Shown here piece after piece: positions 44,101 to 52,998 of a stretch of DNA of 64,000 bases. Within the stretch, counting starts at the first letter, position 1, and each line of letters starts with the position of its first letter. A model generated the notes under the pieces. That model was given only the letters and a program-made list of their open reading frames with translations, did no database searches and was not told where the DNA came from. The position numbers were made by a program, and so were the translations under genes. The stretch lies in the NCBI GenBank assembly GCA_964019335.1, contig OZ025681.1:1-64000 (forward strand), written 5' to 3'. This DNA comes from Diplonema japonicum (lineage: Eukaryota > Protista > Euglenozoa: Diplonemea).

Positions 44101-44797
44101 CAGTCGGCAGTGATAAGGACAACGAGAAGCTCTCAGTGTTTGTAGGCACCGTGATTGACTCAGTACTTGTAAGAGAGAAGGTTAGCGACTGTGATGAGGA
44201 GAATGTTTCCGAGAGAGAAAATGTTGCACTTAAAGATACTGAGTGGGTCTCCGAGAGGGAGAAAGTGTCCGTTAGGGAGAACGTGGGACTCTCAGTTAAG
44301 GAGAACGTCTCCGTGCCCGTGGGGATTGTAACGGACACTGTCCCGGAAACAGAAACGCTGCCAGAGCTGCTCCAGGTCTCTGTCCCAGTGGGGATTGTTA
44401 GTGAGACGGTCTGCGTTAGAAGTGACAAGGAAATGGTCTCTGAAGCTGACTGTGAAATCGTGAAACTATCCGTCGCAGTTCCTGTAGGCAGAGTGTACGT
44501 GTAGCTCAACGTGGGCAGAGAAAGAGAGATGCTCACTGTTTCACTAGCAGACACAGTGGCGGTGTCGAGGGTAACAGTCGTCGATGCCGTCGGCAAGCTC
44601 ACAGTGGCGCTCTCCGTAGTTGTCGGGAGGCTCACAGTAGTTGTATCGGTGCCTGTGGGAAGGCTTGCAGACACAGTCACAGTCTCCGACACAGTGAGAG
44701 TGTCTAAGGTCCATGTGCGCGTCGCCGTGACTGCATCCAATGCACCCCAACAGAGTGCAAAAATGAAACATGTTAATAGGCAGCCATGACTGAGCAT
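32141..44797 (-). CDS. 4218-aa surface protein: Ser/Thr-rich N-terminus, IPT/TIG-like repeats, many EGF/laminin-EGF repeats, multi-pass TM C-terminus
   Basis: Uninterrupted 12.6-kb ORF with a signal peptide, repeated CxGHGxC...CxC...GxxC motifs and a TM block containing GYKRSCWFWDYVHMLRK. Confidence 0.92.
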   Translation of the reverse strand: MLSHGCLLTCFIFALCWGALDAVTATRTWTLDTLTVSETVTVSASLPTGTDTTTVSLPTTTESATVSLPTASTTVTLDTATVSASETVSISLSLPTLSYTYTLPTGTATDSFTISQSASETISLSLLTQTVSLTIPTGTETWSSSGSVSVSGTVSVTIPTGTETFSLTESPTFSLTDTFSLSETHSVSLSATFSLSETFSSSQSLTFSLTSTESITVPTNTESFSLSLSLPTGTATLTLPTLTDSASITETLTTTLSLPTRTETVSLTNTFTISLTLPTATDTLSLTESQTVSFTQSLTFETILPSITLTAYTPTVSYNKMVISSGRGYNHIGPATTSTLLLVVTTPITSWKYQYSDYNCSSTLVSGSTYVVRCATFWLPATYYFSQDLVYSYSILAGWVYEGILETEYTCAEVQCLNTPMVVSVSGCFTVGSDTFGCSPFHPSFLTVVADHISDGYTQHIYVDEHQCEQLPLDTTLTSERWMWDNVTDTKRIVRCDQSSVSPFGKGTSTWPVVIEGRRTEYSSWGPNTTDTRPLLTPAVNFAPAVFRIYWNITVNSTGWCDAVSDTHITCRRPMGIRISLVGWGFSQFCSSLSCSPYVLATGPPGYLPTFTGPELLHDDLAVFLLYSDSWNTGGSGPLKLTVASPLGRQAESNVTLTVQRYPRITWYTCGNATDADEIGWDYPCPTPGRVVLHGEGFDTHSGQVMMMSKSGLSNITCKVVTMAHDKIVCDMQDTVLEGTTNYTVWIGNDDAPQEIGFWSYPVLEGVTGCVDRAGVTEHCSGHDVLVVHGKRIPIDAVVYIDGEPCKNSTWIEPYTTAMECRMWYRRRLSSSVSTFSIVTHDMEFSADGLVAHFDATPWVYSASGCDGELTRCRSVSHGDSVITIFGIGFFGRGDITVSFGSHKCDSVVYLNDTAIECRRWHVHTYKVSVLPITVSRGLEISAPSDVFVTFNPVPYVTSVVGCEDDVNGTHSCPPGRLAVPLTVFGGNFLWSSPILLYLGSDPCELLITVSDSTLRCDSYPDARGVVPISVSVGSEQTPLLPDEYHKIQYTSFSCPIINGKECNGEGACDLSSGVCVCSSQWDDAVACKNCQKFWWGSDCEFECTCNEPLGGRCIDGFNGTGHCELCNKGYFGPDCLSCPRPYPLGPVCHGNGACSDGNNGTGACTCVNEGYDPAAGCGECLSTHFGSQCTGICPGFDCNQHGLCSWGINGTGECTCDRAYGLSACNRECNRDMNGNWCNNHGECIAGLCSCYADIVNGYWAGTDCNTCAEGWSGETCDVACPSADTTTCSGHGTCLKGSCQCTSDYCGADCSITIATCQARSCQTNWQWGSLCENRCPGTEVSTNTVCSGHGTCDNGKEGSGSCTCTGTYQGYDCSFDCTLCQGTCTDEGSCTCSYGYAGTWCDKQCPSDPVLGMCSQRGICDWGNTGTGNCICNYGFAGVSCELECRGGALTPCYGNGNCRVSDGGCDCFQDPDSPRGSWKGLACTSCTSPWLLPHCNTTCPGMLQDGITVCNGRGSCNPTTATCLCHRHASSGFFGGPGCEQCMPGYWGPECKSQCPGGACNMCNGHGECHDGLLGTGACTCFSTPDVGMWQGALCNECLPGWWGKGCNIRCPGLTETGEVCTGRGKCLDGRHGTGICLCTIRNGEVWGSTDCGDCEEGYYGTSCTNRCPLRNGLICGSNGDCDHGTSGTGECFCRHGWVGTVCSIPCPMTRKGVCGGQGRCYEDQHGIATCTCSATGFWDETSLCTKCAAGYWGAACNNTCPGIASPCEGRSVGSTCEMESGICVCISGWGGAACDTQCPGGESSPCNGHGSCSYLDATCSCVASDTLGYWASYDCSVCDTRYTGASCTTPCPLASGLPCNEKGTCFGIDNVGRCRCDLGYCGSSCSLSGAACDGLSCPAGYAGVSCSTRCPGTPVCSGYGICDEGISGTGTCLCDSTHRSPDCSVPCSSCINGDCALSLYNDGGPLCVCHPGWAGRWCNIECPGGFREPCSGAARGVCNEGLEGSGTCQCFPSWRGAACDVPCPVPTGMECNGRGQCNQLDPPCICDFQWSGKTCESCSSGWSGENCTVPCVNGFTEGKSCQCFWGYYGSGCTFECPARTGNSSAPAVTSDVCTGHGTCGSTEQDSGKCECWPHYYGSACQLYCDVSVNCTGFPLKDTVSCSASGCTCVSNNMNGFWGGPQCVECQSGYWGSSCLSKCPCSSHAYSCSQNTGQCSCWDDNVKGHWAEPECDVCTSGYTGLNCNSREVSVARVGGTPALFQSTFLNLNETMFLVDETYHRLVVLSTPPAIYTFNDSGLFFDATLSAGLASWKGKILSASFSSTEDFIIIANLLDTTTQVVQVMRRALLKLYTYPLNPFAVADREASPLAAPVTVGAFLLTDKVCTVYFIAGEYQLHISVVDAVAATLRLVAKHSLAQYVDTINEMQKWAAEPQGYLALLGVKNGDNVLAIIDVSVAGEIMYWGIGGLGRQGTTDVALLAFLGSQYVFTTTVQNGLLTLIRFDVGRLIAASLVPQPVELKVMQSAKPFTPRSMSINTMPSHGKLVISNNVGNKTSPSTLYTFDPEVFAMKGSTTFTYYAGESEDVSTIVDISSLRMSVALPATSFLRLVELNTYAPTEIHPGYIDMTGQTTITVKGVGFVKDHNNAHCRLLNHTMRAYNVTPTSLLCESPHIEAVGLGGCQGYPLEVSMFGTARWSQSNLMLHITPPATVISVSPSYQEEGQNIVLSFKGYGYVNSGVLSCKLQCHDDLPTCVHIGRGIFRTSTLSLCMFPAASIILPSSVPYTASVSQDGESFPSAAVAEFMVVGPPGDVLGWFNTTGVPINKNLTRLPQLSIYVTDTVGNRLAEYTGDKGITRRLVLASHAHCDTGLQTEQVLVDGSRPTSVTSGKAQIDSLLLPFPVAGNCYLEVSLPESGWSSKVHFTITVGDIYKLVISTGLRRTDDPRLPPGAVPYMQSEELGPMAIRGLDKGGSLVSSTAELRVLVMNNITNETVRSMSFFPNDYSTEWIVHVTFLENDLLFGYFYFLHFSVDGVTHTVTEGPIMKSPCGEYGSNEYAVIGKAECLPCPRGGVCDGASEIIVRPGWWREDLGYTLSNHGESIREKYSRFFLCPNEDACNGGAIAECNTGYKGVMCSVCDEGYGLSGESCFECLNTNATMALAVLFIMLLLLAFSVLVYRTLAESMYGRKNLVFVFLKLMLNYLQMLAAIAGDDTVRWPAAFAALLNIQRRVLTFHLTFAPFNCLGTLTIYEKFAIVMAVPVVWAVFLVMMSPVFMLGRWVFLRTRKINKEEEETRAAHKRRHTKHSIQSAIHKKGWVNSNTSPDDDDNNNNTDDDRKPSNNYNNYNNTDDDHKPSIDHTSDTNISDHEYPFGGFKAFAESSLADRPLPPLPEPSENRSKVSFSTELPPDNVEAGIKKKPPLSKSQTMSHLGVGEVNDRPSLASALRRRSNNSANDKSSSALSSPRGESPRRETQKQPSEPSEGSLLRIPKVSAGFDSQLGPLRGSSASESEQNKRIRKASLFDAANMQVGMRRKSSALPTAMYEGGIQVLQDRKKGMKMGRSLSRSGHVQLMFDTGDSTTSSEEEVEPYTHAIINENELGPVSASNWIADNVQHEGKQMAKGGRMWRKVKGATQVKAAVTTARKDSKKREPGTFVVDNFRNTMVDTASDPCRVTVTRPPGVSVRLTPKSPMLSFVPKSLLFTTDRLSVDLTVVGWDEGDFIISWRVSGPSAVDFIAPDPVGVTLFTKMNVGILDIVATSWLVGFFVVHPLLVLIGSMLLDCVEVNDKHYINFDMSQVCYDENWVNWQIANGCCFVLFTFIIPIAIGYVMKKMIDKDDPRVHSLLGFISKGYKRSCWFWDYVHMLRKVALILVAVFVKRLLYRFFISQWLLIVSLIVNVVVHPFQEAVHHEAETTVLVMLMFTLALGMYYFRDDLLLEESEGAHLASDPFLWVVYIALVVCNISVIFAFALLYLNLYKRRLQEEGKHGIIDWLDEDGDGDITVCEVFAVLFRRAFGWMPCTCYEKRLTAEEKEAREAQREKEQREVNARKEAVEREMREGREKALTKQRIMLGVCETAEEADKISLSSGEDECLGPVGMKHMPNISVADVKHRPQPKTGSRTDSITRKWVSEVGTSPLRASEVLSPSAIMGHLDLAEVFAKEQWAAEREDIDFSRAVALGMVDEPDSSKPPQRAKPVRESRSHTVGRSLSVAQSHKTKD

Positions 44798-44862
44798 GCC
44801 TTGCCTCCTGTAAAAAAAACCATTAGTAGCAATTACGAAAAAACTTAAACTTAAAGAAGTTC

Positions 44863-45735
44863 CTACAAGGAGTTAAAGTAAAGTTCGACCGCCTTCTCAT
44901 GAGCAGCGGTAAGCCCGTGACCCTTAAGGGTGTATGAAGGAAGGATGTCAGAGAAAGGGATGGTGCACGGTCTGGCTGTTCCATCTGGTTGGATGTAAGC
45001 AGCAGTGTAGGACATGGAGGGTGCGTCAGGAGGGGGGCGTTGCCCTGCGGCAAGTGAGGAGATGGGTGCCCAGCAAGCGTGACTGATCTCGTTTTTGGAG
45101 TAGACGGTGTTAAGAAGGAAACTGTCGGCATCGAAGCTTGGTGGCAGGATGAGCTTGTAAATAGCGAGAATGAGCTGCGAAGCCGGTGGAGCAGAGGAAG
45201 TGTCGCCACCTCTACCGTTGTTCTCCCATAAAAAAAAAAGCTCCAACTTCTGATCAGGGCTGGCCGAAAAGCCGACCTCCTCGTTGACCTCCCGCAAGGC
45301 GGTCTCTTCAAGCGAAGCGTCCTCAGCATCAACAGTACCACCAGGCATCACCCAAGCGTCCGGGAAGGCACGCATGTTCTCCGGCCGTCTAGTGAGCAGC
45401 ACCCTATCCTTGCTGTCCACCAGCATTACAGCACATGCAAGCCTGACAGGTTTCTTCTTCTCACGCAGCTCTTGCATCACTTCTTCAGCGTCTTCTCTGA
45501 CGCAGTAGTCACGCATAGGGCATATCCCGTCCACATTGCGGTGGTACAGGTACACGTCCGAGTCTTTGCTGCTGATATTCATATGTGACCCCCTCTTAAA
45601 TGACATGCCAACCTTAACGCGTTCACAGAAGTCTTCGTTCACACCGGACTCGTCTCTAAGGCGGCGTATTTCATCTACAACACACCTCCCTACAAGGGCA
45701 GGCTCACCATCAATCGTGAGAACGGGTTTGCTCAT
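44863..45735 (-). CDS. Nudix hydrolase (NUDT17-like)
   Basis: LLTRRPENMRAFPDAWVMPGG...ALREVNEEVG Nudix box. Likely start MSKPVL. Confidence 0.88.
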   Translation of the reverse strand: MSKPVLTIDGEPALVGRCVVDEIRRLRDESGVNEDFCERVKVGMSFKRGSHMNISSKDSDVYLYHRNVDGICPMRDYCVREDAEEVMQELREKKKPVRLACAVMLVDSKDRVLLTRRPENMRAFPDAWVMPGGTVDAEDASLEETALREVNEEVGFSASPDQKLELFFLWENNGRGGDTSSAPPASQLILAIYKLILPPSFDADSFLLNTVYSKNEISHACWAPISSLAAGQRPPPDAPSMSYTAAYIQPDGTARPCTIPFSDILPSYTLKGHGLTAAHEKAVELYFNSL

Positions 45736-47025
45736 TTGGTTTCCTGTAGTACGAAGGTGACTGTTGGGGTTGCATAACAAAGAAATAAATAAAAGAGTAC
45801 CCTGGCAGCATCTGCTGTGTGTCGAGTGATGAGTTCTTTCCCTTCTTCTGTTGGCATCTGAGAAAAAGAACACTGCACACCCATTTGCTGCCTCTCCGCC
45901 TCTCCTTCATTTCTCTCTTCATATCACCTCTCATCACAGCAGAATAAAAATGGAACAAAAATAACTACAGGGAAGGGAGGGGGAAAGAATTGTAATGGGT
46001 GAAACATAACCGATAGAATTCCGCAGTGTTTGGGAGGGGGTTTTCATTATTCATAAACGAGAATTTTGGGAGTTGACAGATTCAAAAATGAAACAACAAA
46101 AGAAAAACTAGTCTGGCGCTTCTTTTGTTTGTGCGCACGAGAGTTATTTTACCTAATAAAATAGCTCATTACGCTGCCATCAACTAGTTCTTATTAATCA
46201 CGACAATAATATTGTTAAAACAAAAAAAGAAAGAAAACCTTAAAAGCAACCACAAGGACGGGGTAACAACGTGGGAAAGGGAGGGGAGGGGGATAGTCTC
46301 CGCAAAGCGTAAACTCATCTTTTTTGGGCAAGAAAAAAGAGAATCTTTTTAGCAGCCGTCTGAGTGTGGTGATCCACAAAAAAAAAAGAGGGGGAAAAAA
46401 AAAGCAAAGAGGGGCGCAGTCTCCATTCCATGGCACCAAACAGCTCTTCGCAAAATACCGCAAACACATTTTCAAAAAAGAAAATAAAAGATTCCTTCAC
46501 GGTAAGGATAGAAAAGTTCAGCAATGATAAAGGAAGCATGTTGTAAGAAAAATCACTCCTGCGAAACCTTGGAGTTCTAAAGCCCTCCATAGACATGGTG
46601 AAGACAGAAAAAAAAAGGGGGGGAAAGGGGGGGGGGAAGTGTGTGTGCACTATTAGAACCAAAACTGACCGGAAAAAACACAGAGCAGGTGAGAAAAAAA
46701 CCCACACTGGAGAACTATTAAAAAATTCGATAAGGTTTCAGTGTGCAGGGTGCTCACTGTCCAAGAAGAAATTCACTATAATATCGGTCACCGTTCTGCG
46801 ACTGCAGTCTGGTGCCTACTTGTCGCGATGAGATGGGCGGTATCTGGGCGAGAAACATTAGGTAGAAGAGTGGTCTCCTGTCGGTAGCCATGTGTCGGGC
46901 CACCACCCGACATGGCAGGGAAAGCGCTCCCCCTTTTGCTGCGCACCCAAGAGGTATCGCATTGGCCTTCTCCGTGAGCAAGAGGACCTGGTCGTCAAGC
47001 GGGCCTACGAGTGACCGGCGGGTGG

Positions 47026-47114
47026 TGCACATAGTCTATGGCCTCCATCGTCCAGACAGTTCTCGCTGGTCTGCACATAGTCTATGGCCTCCATAGTCCA
47101 GACTGTGCTCGCTG
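47026..47114. repeat. 46-nt tandem duplication
   Basis: TGCACATAGTCTATGGCCTCCAT(C/A)GTCCAGAC at 47026 and 47072. Confidence 0.9.
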
Positions 47115-47649
47115 TCAGTACTCACGTTTACTCCCAACGACTTAAATTCTTTAGCTACCTCTGAGCGGCAACCATCAAAAAAAATAAGAATATTAACACA
47201 TTGTTACCCAATAGTAGGCTTTCTTTTATGGCTTTTTGGAAACATTCAAATCGTCCACCCAGGACCCTGAGATATCCGTCTCTGTTCTTCTTCTAAACAT
47301 TTCTCATTCTTCATAACCACGGGGGGAACGGGGGGGAACCGTCGGTAGAACTCCTTCTTTTCTTTTTAGTTTTTTGCAAGTTCATTTTCTTTCTTTTTTT
47401 CTTTTCTTTCTTAGTTTATTTGATCAGCAGGTGCTTGATATGGTTTTGAAACCCCTGGCTGACGATTTGAAATATGGTAGGAAGAAAGTGAGAAGTTTCA
47501 ACCCACAAAAACTCGATAAACCTCGGGCCTTGGCTACCGACGGAAAGCCTGCTCTTCCATGTCATGTAGCCCCGACGATAGGAAGGCGTCGTTGAACGAT
47601 CGCGCTCCTTTTTCCTGTTTCGAAAAAAAAGAAACCGTAAAAAAAAGGA

Positions 47650-50141
47650 TCAGTGAGAAGCTAAAGCGTTAAAAAGAAGGAACCACATGTTTATGTTGTA
47701 GTAGTCATAGCAGTCATGCCTGGTGGTCACATCCTTGATGTACGTAACAGTTTCATCACCGATAGGATTTGGAAAGAAGGAAAGAGTGCGGCACATGTAA
47801 TGGAGATTGTCGGTAGTAGGGAAGTACAGCAGCTTTGAGTAGCCCGTCATTGAAAGGCTCCTTGCGTTTGGCTCGGTGATGAGCCCAACGAGCCTCTCGA
47901 GCCTGCTAACACGTTCCATGTCAGGCGGGCTTTTGGAGTTGAACCCGGCAGTGATGGCACCTGGTAGGAACAGATACTGATACCCCTTGTCTGCATTCTC
48001 CCTTGCAAATTCCATTGCTCCTTGCATGTATTCATCCATAGCTTCTTTCTCCAGGTCGTTCGTCCACCATGCGCCAAGGGATGCGATGTGCAAGTCAGGA
48101 ACGCCGCGTGGTGTTAGTAGTTCCGTCTCCCACCCGCTCAGTGGCAGGGGGTTCCACATAAACATGACTTCCACAACCTGTCCTTCTATGAGTTTTGCGT
48201 CTTTCGGGGGAAGGCCGTACCTGTATGCATCGTGGGTCTCGTTTGCAACGAAATAGTAATTGACGTGTCCCTTGAAGTCCAGCCCCCGTTCCCACCCCTT
48301 CCCCCTCAGCATTGCGATCAGCTTCTTGTAAAACTGCCTCATCTGCGAGTCGCCGGACAGCAGCACAGACTTCCCTCTCCACAGCTGCAGGATGCTATGG
48401 CGTGTGAACTCCTCCATCTTGCAATGGTTCAGCATCACCCTCTTCCCGTCCTTCAATGAGAACCTTCCGTTGTCCGTTCGCGTCACCTCCTCCAGGCTCG
48501 TCTTCACCATGTCGAAAGTACATTTAGGAAGCCGCGACGTCTCTGTGCACACCTTTTCTTCTGTTGCCCCGTGCCGTATGCGCCCTGCGTCGACGCACCT
48601 ATCCACCCCATCCTTGCAATACTGCTTCAGGAAATCAGGAGCATCATCCTCACATGCCGACGGCGGAAGTTGTGACTCGTCAGCAGTGCACGACAGGGAC
48701 TCTTCCTGATGGTAGCGGGTCACCTCGGTGCACACTTCCTGCAGATTCTCCTCACTACCGCGCTCTACATTTCCTAGCGCGTTGAACAGAAGGCGCCACA
48801 GCCCTGTGTTATAGTGGTCGCGGCAGGTGTGGCCCTTCTTCACGGCGTCCCGCAGCACTGATGTAGTCTTGTACCCGACGTCAGGGTAGAACTTCACCGA
48901 TCCGCACATGTGGTGCTTTCCGTCGTACGGTTTGAAGTAACCCAGTTGGTTGTAGCCCAGCATCGAGAGGACCTGTTTCGGGTTGTTATCGTCCACCATC
49001 TTCGCAAGCCTGTCCAGCTTGCGGTGCTTCTCTTCCTCGACTGTCGTCAGGATTGGCAGGAACAGAAACCTGAACCCTGTGTCCTCGTTGCTCTCTGCGT
49101 ACCTCATAGCGCCTTTCATGTATTCATCAAAGGCCGTTTCGGGCATCGTGCTGTTCCACCACATTCCCAACGAGACTACATGCAGGTCGGGCACCCATCT
49201 TCTGTAGTGTTTCTCGATGTCCCCCGACGGTTGTGGGTCCCACTTGAAAATCACTTCGAAAACAGGATTCTGCAGAAGGCTGACACCCTCTTCGGGAACG
49301 GTAAAGGACAGCTTGTCGTGTGTCTGATTCATCACGTAGTAGTAATCTGTAGTGGTGCAGTGTGCAGTGTAGTTAGAATCATACCGATGTGTCCTTTGTG
49401 TTCCATGTTCACTCTATGAGCCTGCCCGCGCATCATGAACACCAGCTTCATGAACATCTGTCGTGCAACAGCGTCGCCAGATATCATGACCTTCTTCCCT
49501 TCCCAGAGGCTGAGAATCTCGTGCCTGCCGTAGTCGTACAAGTGGCAGTGGTCTAGGACCACCTCTGTACCCTTGTCGGCTGTGATTCGCTTTGAGAATC
49601 GTGCGTTGGAATCTTTCGTGACCTCCTCGAGGCTCTCCTTGATTGTCGTGAATGTGCAGTCGGGGAGCACTTGACGATGGGAACAGCTGCTCACAATCTG
49701 CTTTGCAAAGACACCCATCCCATGGACGAAGCATCTGTTGGAATTCTGGCAGAAGTCAGAGAAATGAGTGCTCATTTCCTTTTTGCAGAAGTTGTCAGGA
49801 AGCATGCTTGTTGTTGAAGCACAGTCCAGCGGCTGCCAGGTGTACTGCACCTTATCACGGCAGTCGATGTCAACGGGGAGTGGGGCGGCTGTGGCGGGGG
49901 CTGATGTCACCACTGGAGGTGTTGCTGTTTCTGGGATACCAGTGAAGTAACCAAGACTTGTCGGGTTAGGTGTGGTAGGCTCTGCGGCAATTTCCCTCCG
50001 TACAGGGCTCGGTAGCTTCATGTCGTAGCGCGCGAGGTGTAGAAGAAGAATTAAGAATATCAACACACCCGAACCGAACGCAGGAAGACAGCTTGTTTCA
50101 TGAACCTGAGTATCTGCTCGAGGTTCGGCATCTTCAGACAT
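47650..50141 (-). CDS. Type II membrane protein with two SGNH/PC-esterase-like domains; 38-nt intron 49347-49384
   Basis: GKKVMISGDA...DGKH and GKSVLLSGDSQMR...DNLH. Splicing gives KGHI|DYYYVMNQTHD, matching KGHVNYYFVANETHD in the second repeat. Confidence 0.85.
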
Positions 50142-50565
50142 GACACCTGTGGTACGTAGAGGAAGACACGCTGAATAACCTAAACATGTGGTCAGCTAGA
50201 GGATATCAGTCAGTTGTAAAACAGACAGACCTCTTATGGCTAGGGCCCGAAAGGATAAAAAAGAAAAAACAAATACTATGAAATCACGCTAATATAAGTC
50301 ACATTTGTAAGTCAGGTAGCTTTTTCCTGAGGTTTTATACTTTTCATAATGAACAGTGGGCTGAAATTATATTGGTTTCTTCTTTTTCATTCTTGAACAG
50401 TGGGCACCACCCCTGCACTGAAACCTTATCGAAGGTTCTTTCTAACCCGATCATATATGAAAAAGAAAGATTAAGTCACAAAGATTAAGATAAGAAGATA
50501 ACATAAGGTCCCATGCCCGCCCTTGGAAAGATCTCGCAGGGCGAAACACTTCGTTTGTCACTAAT

Positions 50566-51709
50566 TTAACTGAACTTCTTCGCGGTATCGAACCAATCAT
50601 AGTCGAAGTCCTTCACGTACCCACGCTTGTTGAAATCATTTTCGACGCACTTGTAGAGGAAGTCGTAGTCCGGCTCACTTTCGAAAGTGAGGCTTTTGAG
50701 GTGCCCCATGACCATCGTGAAGCATGGTAGTTTATTCATGAGTACCTCGGGGGTTGTTTGAGTCTTTTTTTCAAATATCAGTTTCTTCCTCTTTGCTCTG
50801 TCCGCTGCTTGCACGCCCTGCCACGGCAAGCTACCGTCCGCCAAGTACGCAATCACATAACACAGCGACTCCAAGTCATCTTTCCGTCCTTGCTCCCACC
50901 CTTGATGGCTTGCCATAGACGCGTACCTAGCTGTGCCCGTGAAGCCCTTATCGCTCCGGAAGGGAACGTGCGTCCCAGACTTGTCTTTGTATTTCTTTGC
51001 CAATCCATAGTCGATCTGTGTTTTTTGTTTTCAGTCAGATTGCCCTCCCCCCCCCCACACACCATGTAGACATGATTCGCCTTGCCACCGAGGCCCATCG
51101 CGAAGTTCTCTGGTTTCAAATCCCGATGCAGGAACCCCACGTCGTGTAGATGCCTAACGACACTGATGAACTGCCCCGCTGTGGCGTATGTTAGGCATCC
51201 ACAAAAGAAATACGCATACACAACATTAGAACTGTTTTCAACGAGAACTTCCTACCACAGTAGCACAGCAGGTCCTCTAAACAAGGCCCCAGCAGCTCTA
51301 GCGCTAGCACTGTGAACGGCCCGTCGTGGCCCTTAAAGCTGGCGTAAGGGATGCCTGGCACCTTCTTATCCATAGCCTTGTATACTCTGTACTCTAAGTC
51401 AAGCTGGGATTGATATTTGTCCTTCTTCTCCAGCTTCAGTGCAACCTCCTTTCCTGTCAAGGTGTCTGTCGCTTGGTAAACCTGACCGAAGGCACCAGCG
51501 CCGATTTTCGTATGCAGTGTAAATCTTCCATCGCTGGAAACAAATTCTTTTTGAGACTTCAGAGATATGCTAGAGCATACACTCTTGCTCAAGGCACTGC
51601 GGCTGACACCACTGGCCGTGATGTCGAAGCCGCTCATGCTGCTTTTCAGTATACTGTTTGTGTTGCTCATCAGTTCTTTGTGTAATGAACAACTGTGCTG
51701 TGCTGTCAT
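50566..51709 (-). CDS. Casein kinase 1 family kinase; introns 51179-51219 (41 nt) and 51016-51062 (47 nt)
   Basis: [50 protein letters not shown] and [11 protein letters not shown]. Confidence 0.95.
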
Positions 51710-52071
51710 GCTGGAGGTAAATATCAAATAGTAGAACCACGTGGATGAAACATGAAATAAATACTGTTTAGTGCCTTTGTGGTACCGCACCACGCCTTCT
51801 TTCATGCATTCAGTGATGGCTAGAACATGATCCCAAGGCATGGACTTATGGCTCAGTGCATTGGGTATTCATAAGAAACTCACACTAGTATCGGACAAGA
51901 CACTACACGGAGTCGTGCTAGGTAGGGGGCGATTTGGCTCGCGGAGAAGAGTGACCATGAGCAGGATGCCTATGAGCTGGTAGAGAGGCAGCCGCTCTAG
52001 ACCTGCAACAACAACAATTCTTGTGTTTAAGAAAAAGGAGAACACATATCCTTTCCTTCCCTTTTACGTCT

Positions 52072-52998
52072 TCACAGCTTGCAAAGCGCCTCTGCAGTGC
52101 TACAAGCAGTGGTGACGCAACCTTCGAAGTTGGGGGTCGCGGCAAAGGCATCGCCCGTGATGAAGACGGAGTGGTCAGGGAGCTTAAAGAAACTGGTGTG
52201 CGGGCACCTCTTATAGACCTGCGAAACATCAAGGAAGTGGGTTGTTGTGCCATGCACGGTGAGGTGAGGCAGCTTGGCAGTTATGTCGTCCAGCATGGCG
52301 GGCAGGGCATCCATGCTGCCGGATGTGCGAAGCCCGTAGGGGACTGAAGAATGCAACAGCAAAGTATGACGCCCCGTACACGTGGCTTCAGGACCGGAAG
52401 GATCCCTTTTCGCAGTGTCGAAACACGCGTACCTCACAGGGCCGTCAGGGTAGTAGTAACAGACCCATGGTACAGGCTCGGAAATCTCGCAGTCGACGAC
52501 AACTACCCAACGCTTCGAATACTCAGCAGCCACCTTCGGCATGCCATGCCCTGCTATGTTCGCATACACGTTCAACGGGACAGTCAGGACTACCGAGGTT
52601 TCCTTTGGAAGAACATTGCCATTTACCTCTATGCCGCACGGGCCTACCTCAATACGAGTGGCCTCCTTGTTCGTGTGCACTGTGGCGCCTGATGCCATGT
52701 CCTCGGCCACGGAGCGGAAGCCCTGTGGTGCGACAAGGCTTGCGGCCGTGTATGGTATGTTCTCTCCTTTGATCGAACCGTTGAAGTCCTGCAGCAAACC
52801 CTTCTCCATCAGATCTATGTACACCTCACTGTTCTGCTTCGTGACGTACTGGCACCCCACATCCGCTCCTGCAAGCAGCCCTGCTCGGCCCCCAAGGCTG
52901 CCATCCTTCTCCCAAATCTCACACGGGATGCCCTTCATGCGCAAGAAGCGGGACACGGCGCACCCCGTTATCCCCCCTCCTATGACCAGCGTCTGCAT
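52072..52998 (-). CDS. Renalase-like FAD/NAD(P)-dependent oxidoreductase
   Basis: IGGGITG, WEK...GGR, DVGCQY and GDAF...NFEGC motifs. Confidence 0.88.
   Translation of the reverse strand: MQTLVIGGGITGCAVSRFLRMKGIPCEIWEKDGSLGGRAGLLAGADVGCQYVTKQNSEVYIDLMEKGLLQDFNGSIKGENIPYTAASLVAPQGFRSVAEDMASGATVHTNKEATRIEVGPCGIEVNGNVLPKETSVVLTVPLNVYANIAGHGMPKVAAEYSKRWVVVVDCEISEPVPWVCYYYPDGPVRYACFDTAKRDPSGPEATCTGRHTLLLHSSVPYGLRTSGSMDALPAMLDDITAKLPHLTVHGTTTHFLDVSQVYKRCPHTSFFKLPDHSVFITGDAFAATPNFEGCVTTACSTAEALCKL

Noticed and set aside
21117-44789. Many + strand ORFs overlapping the long genes
   Set aside because: Antisense shadows of coding or repetitive sequence.
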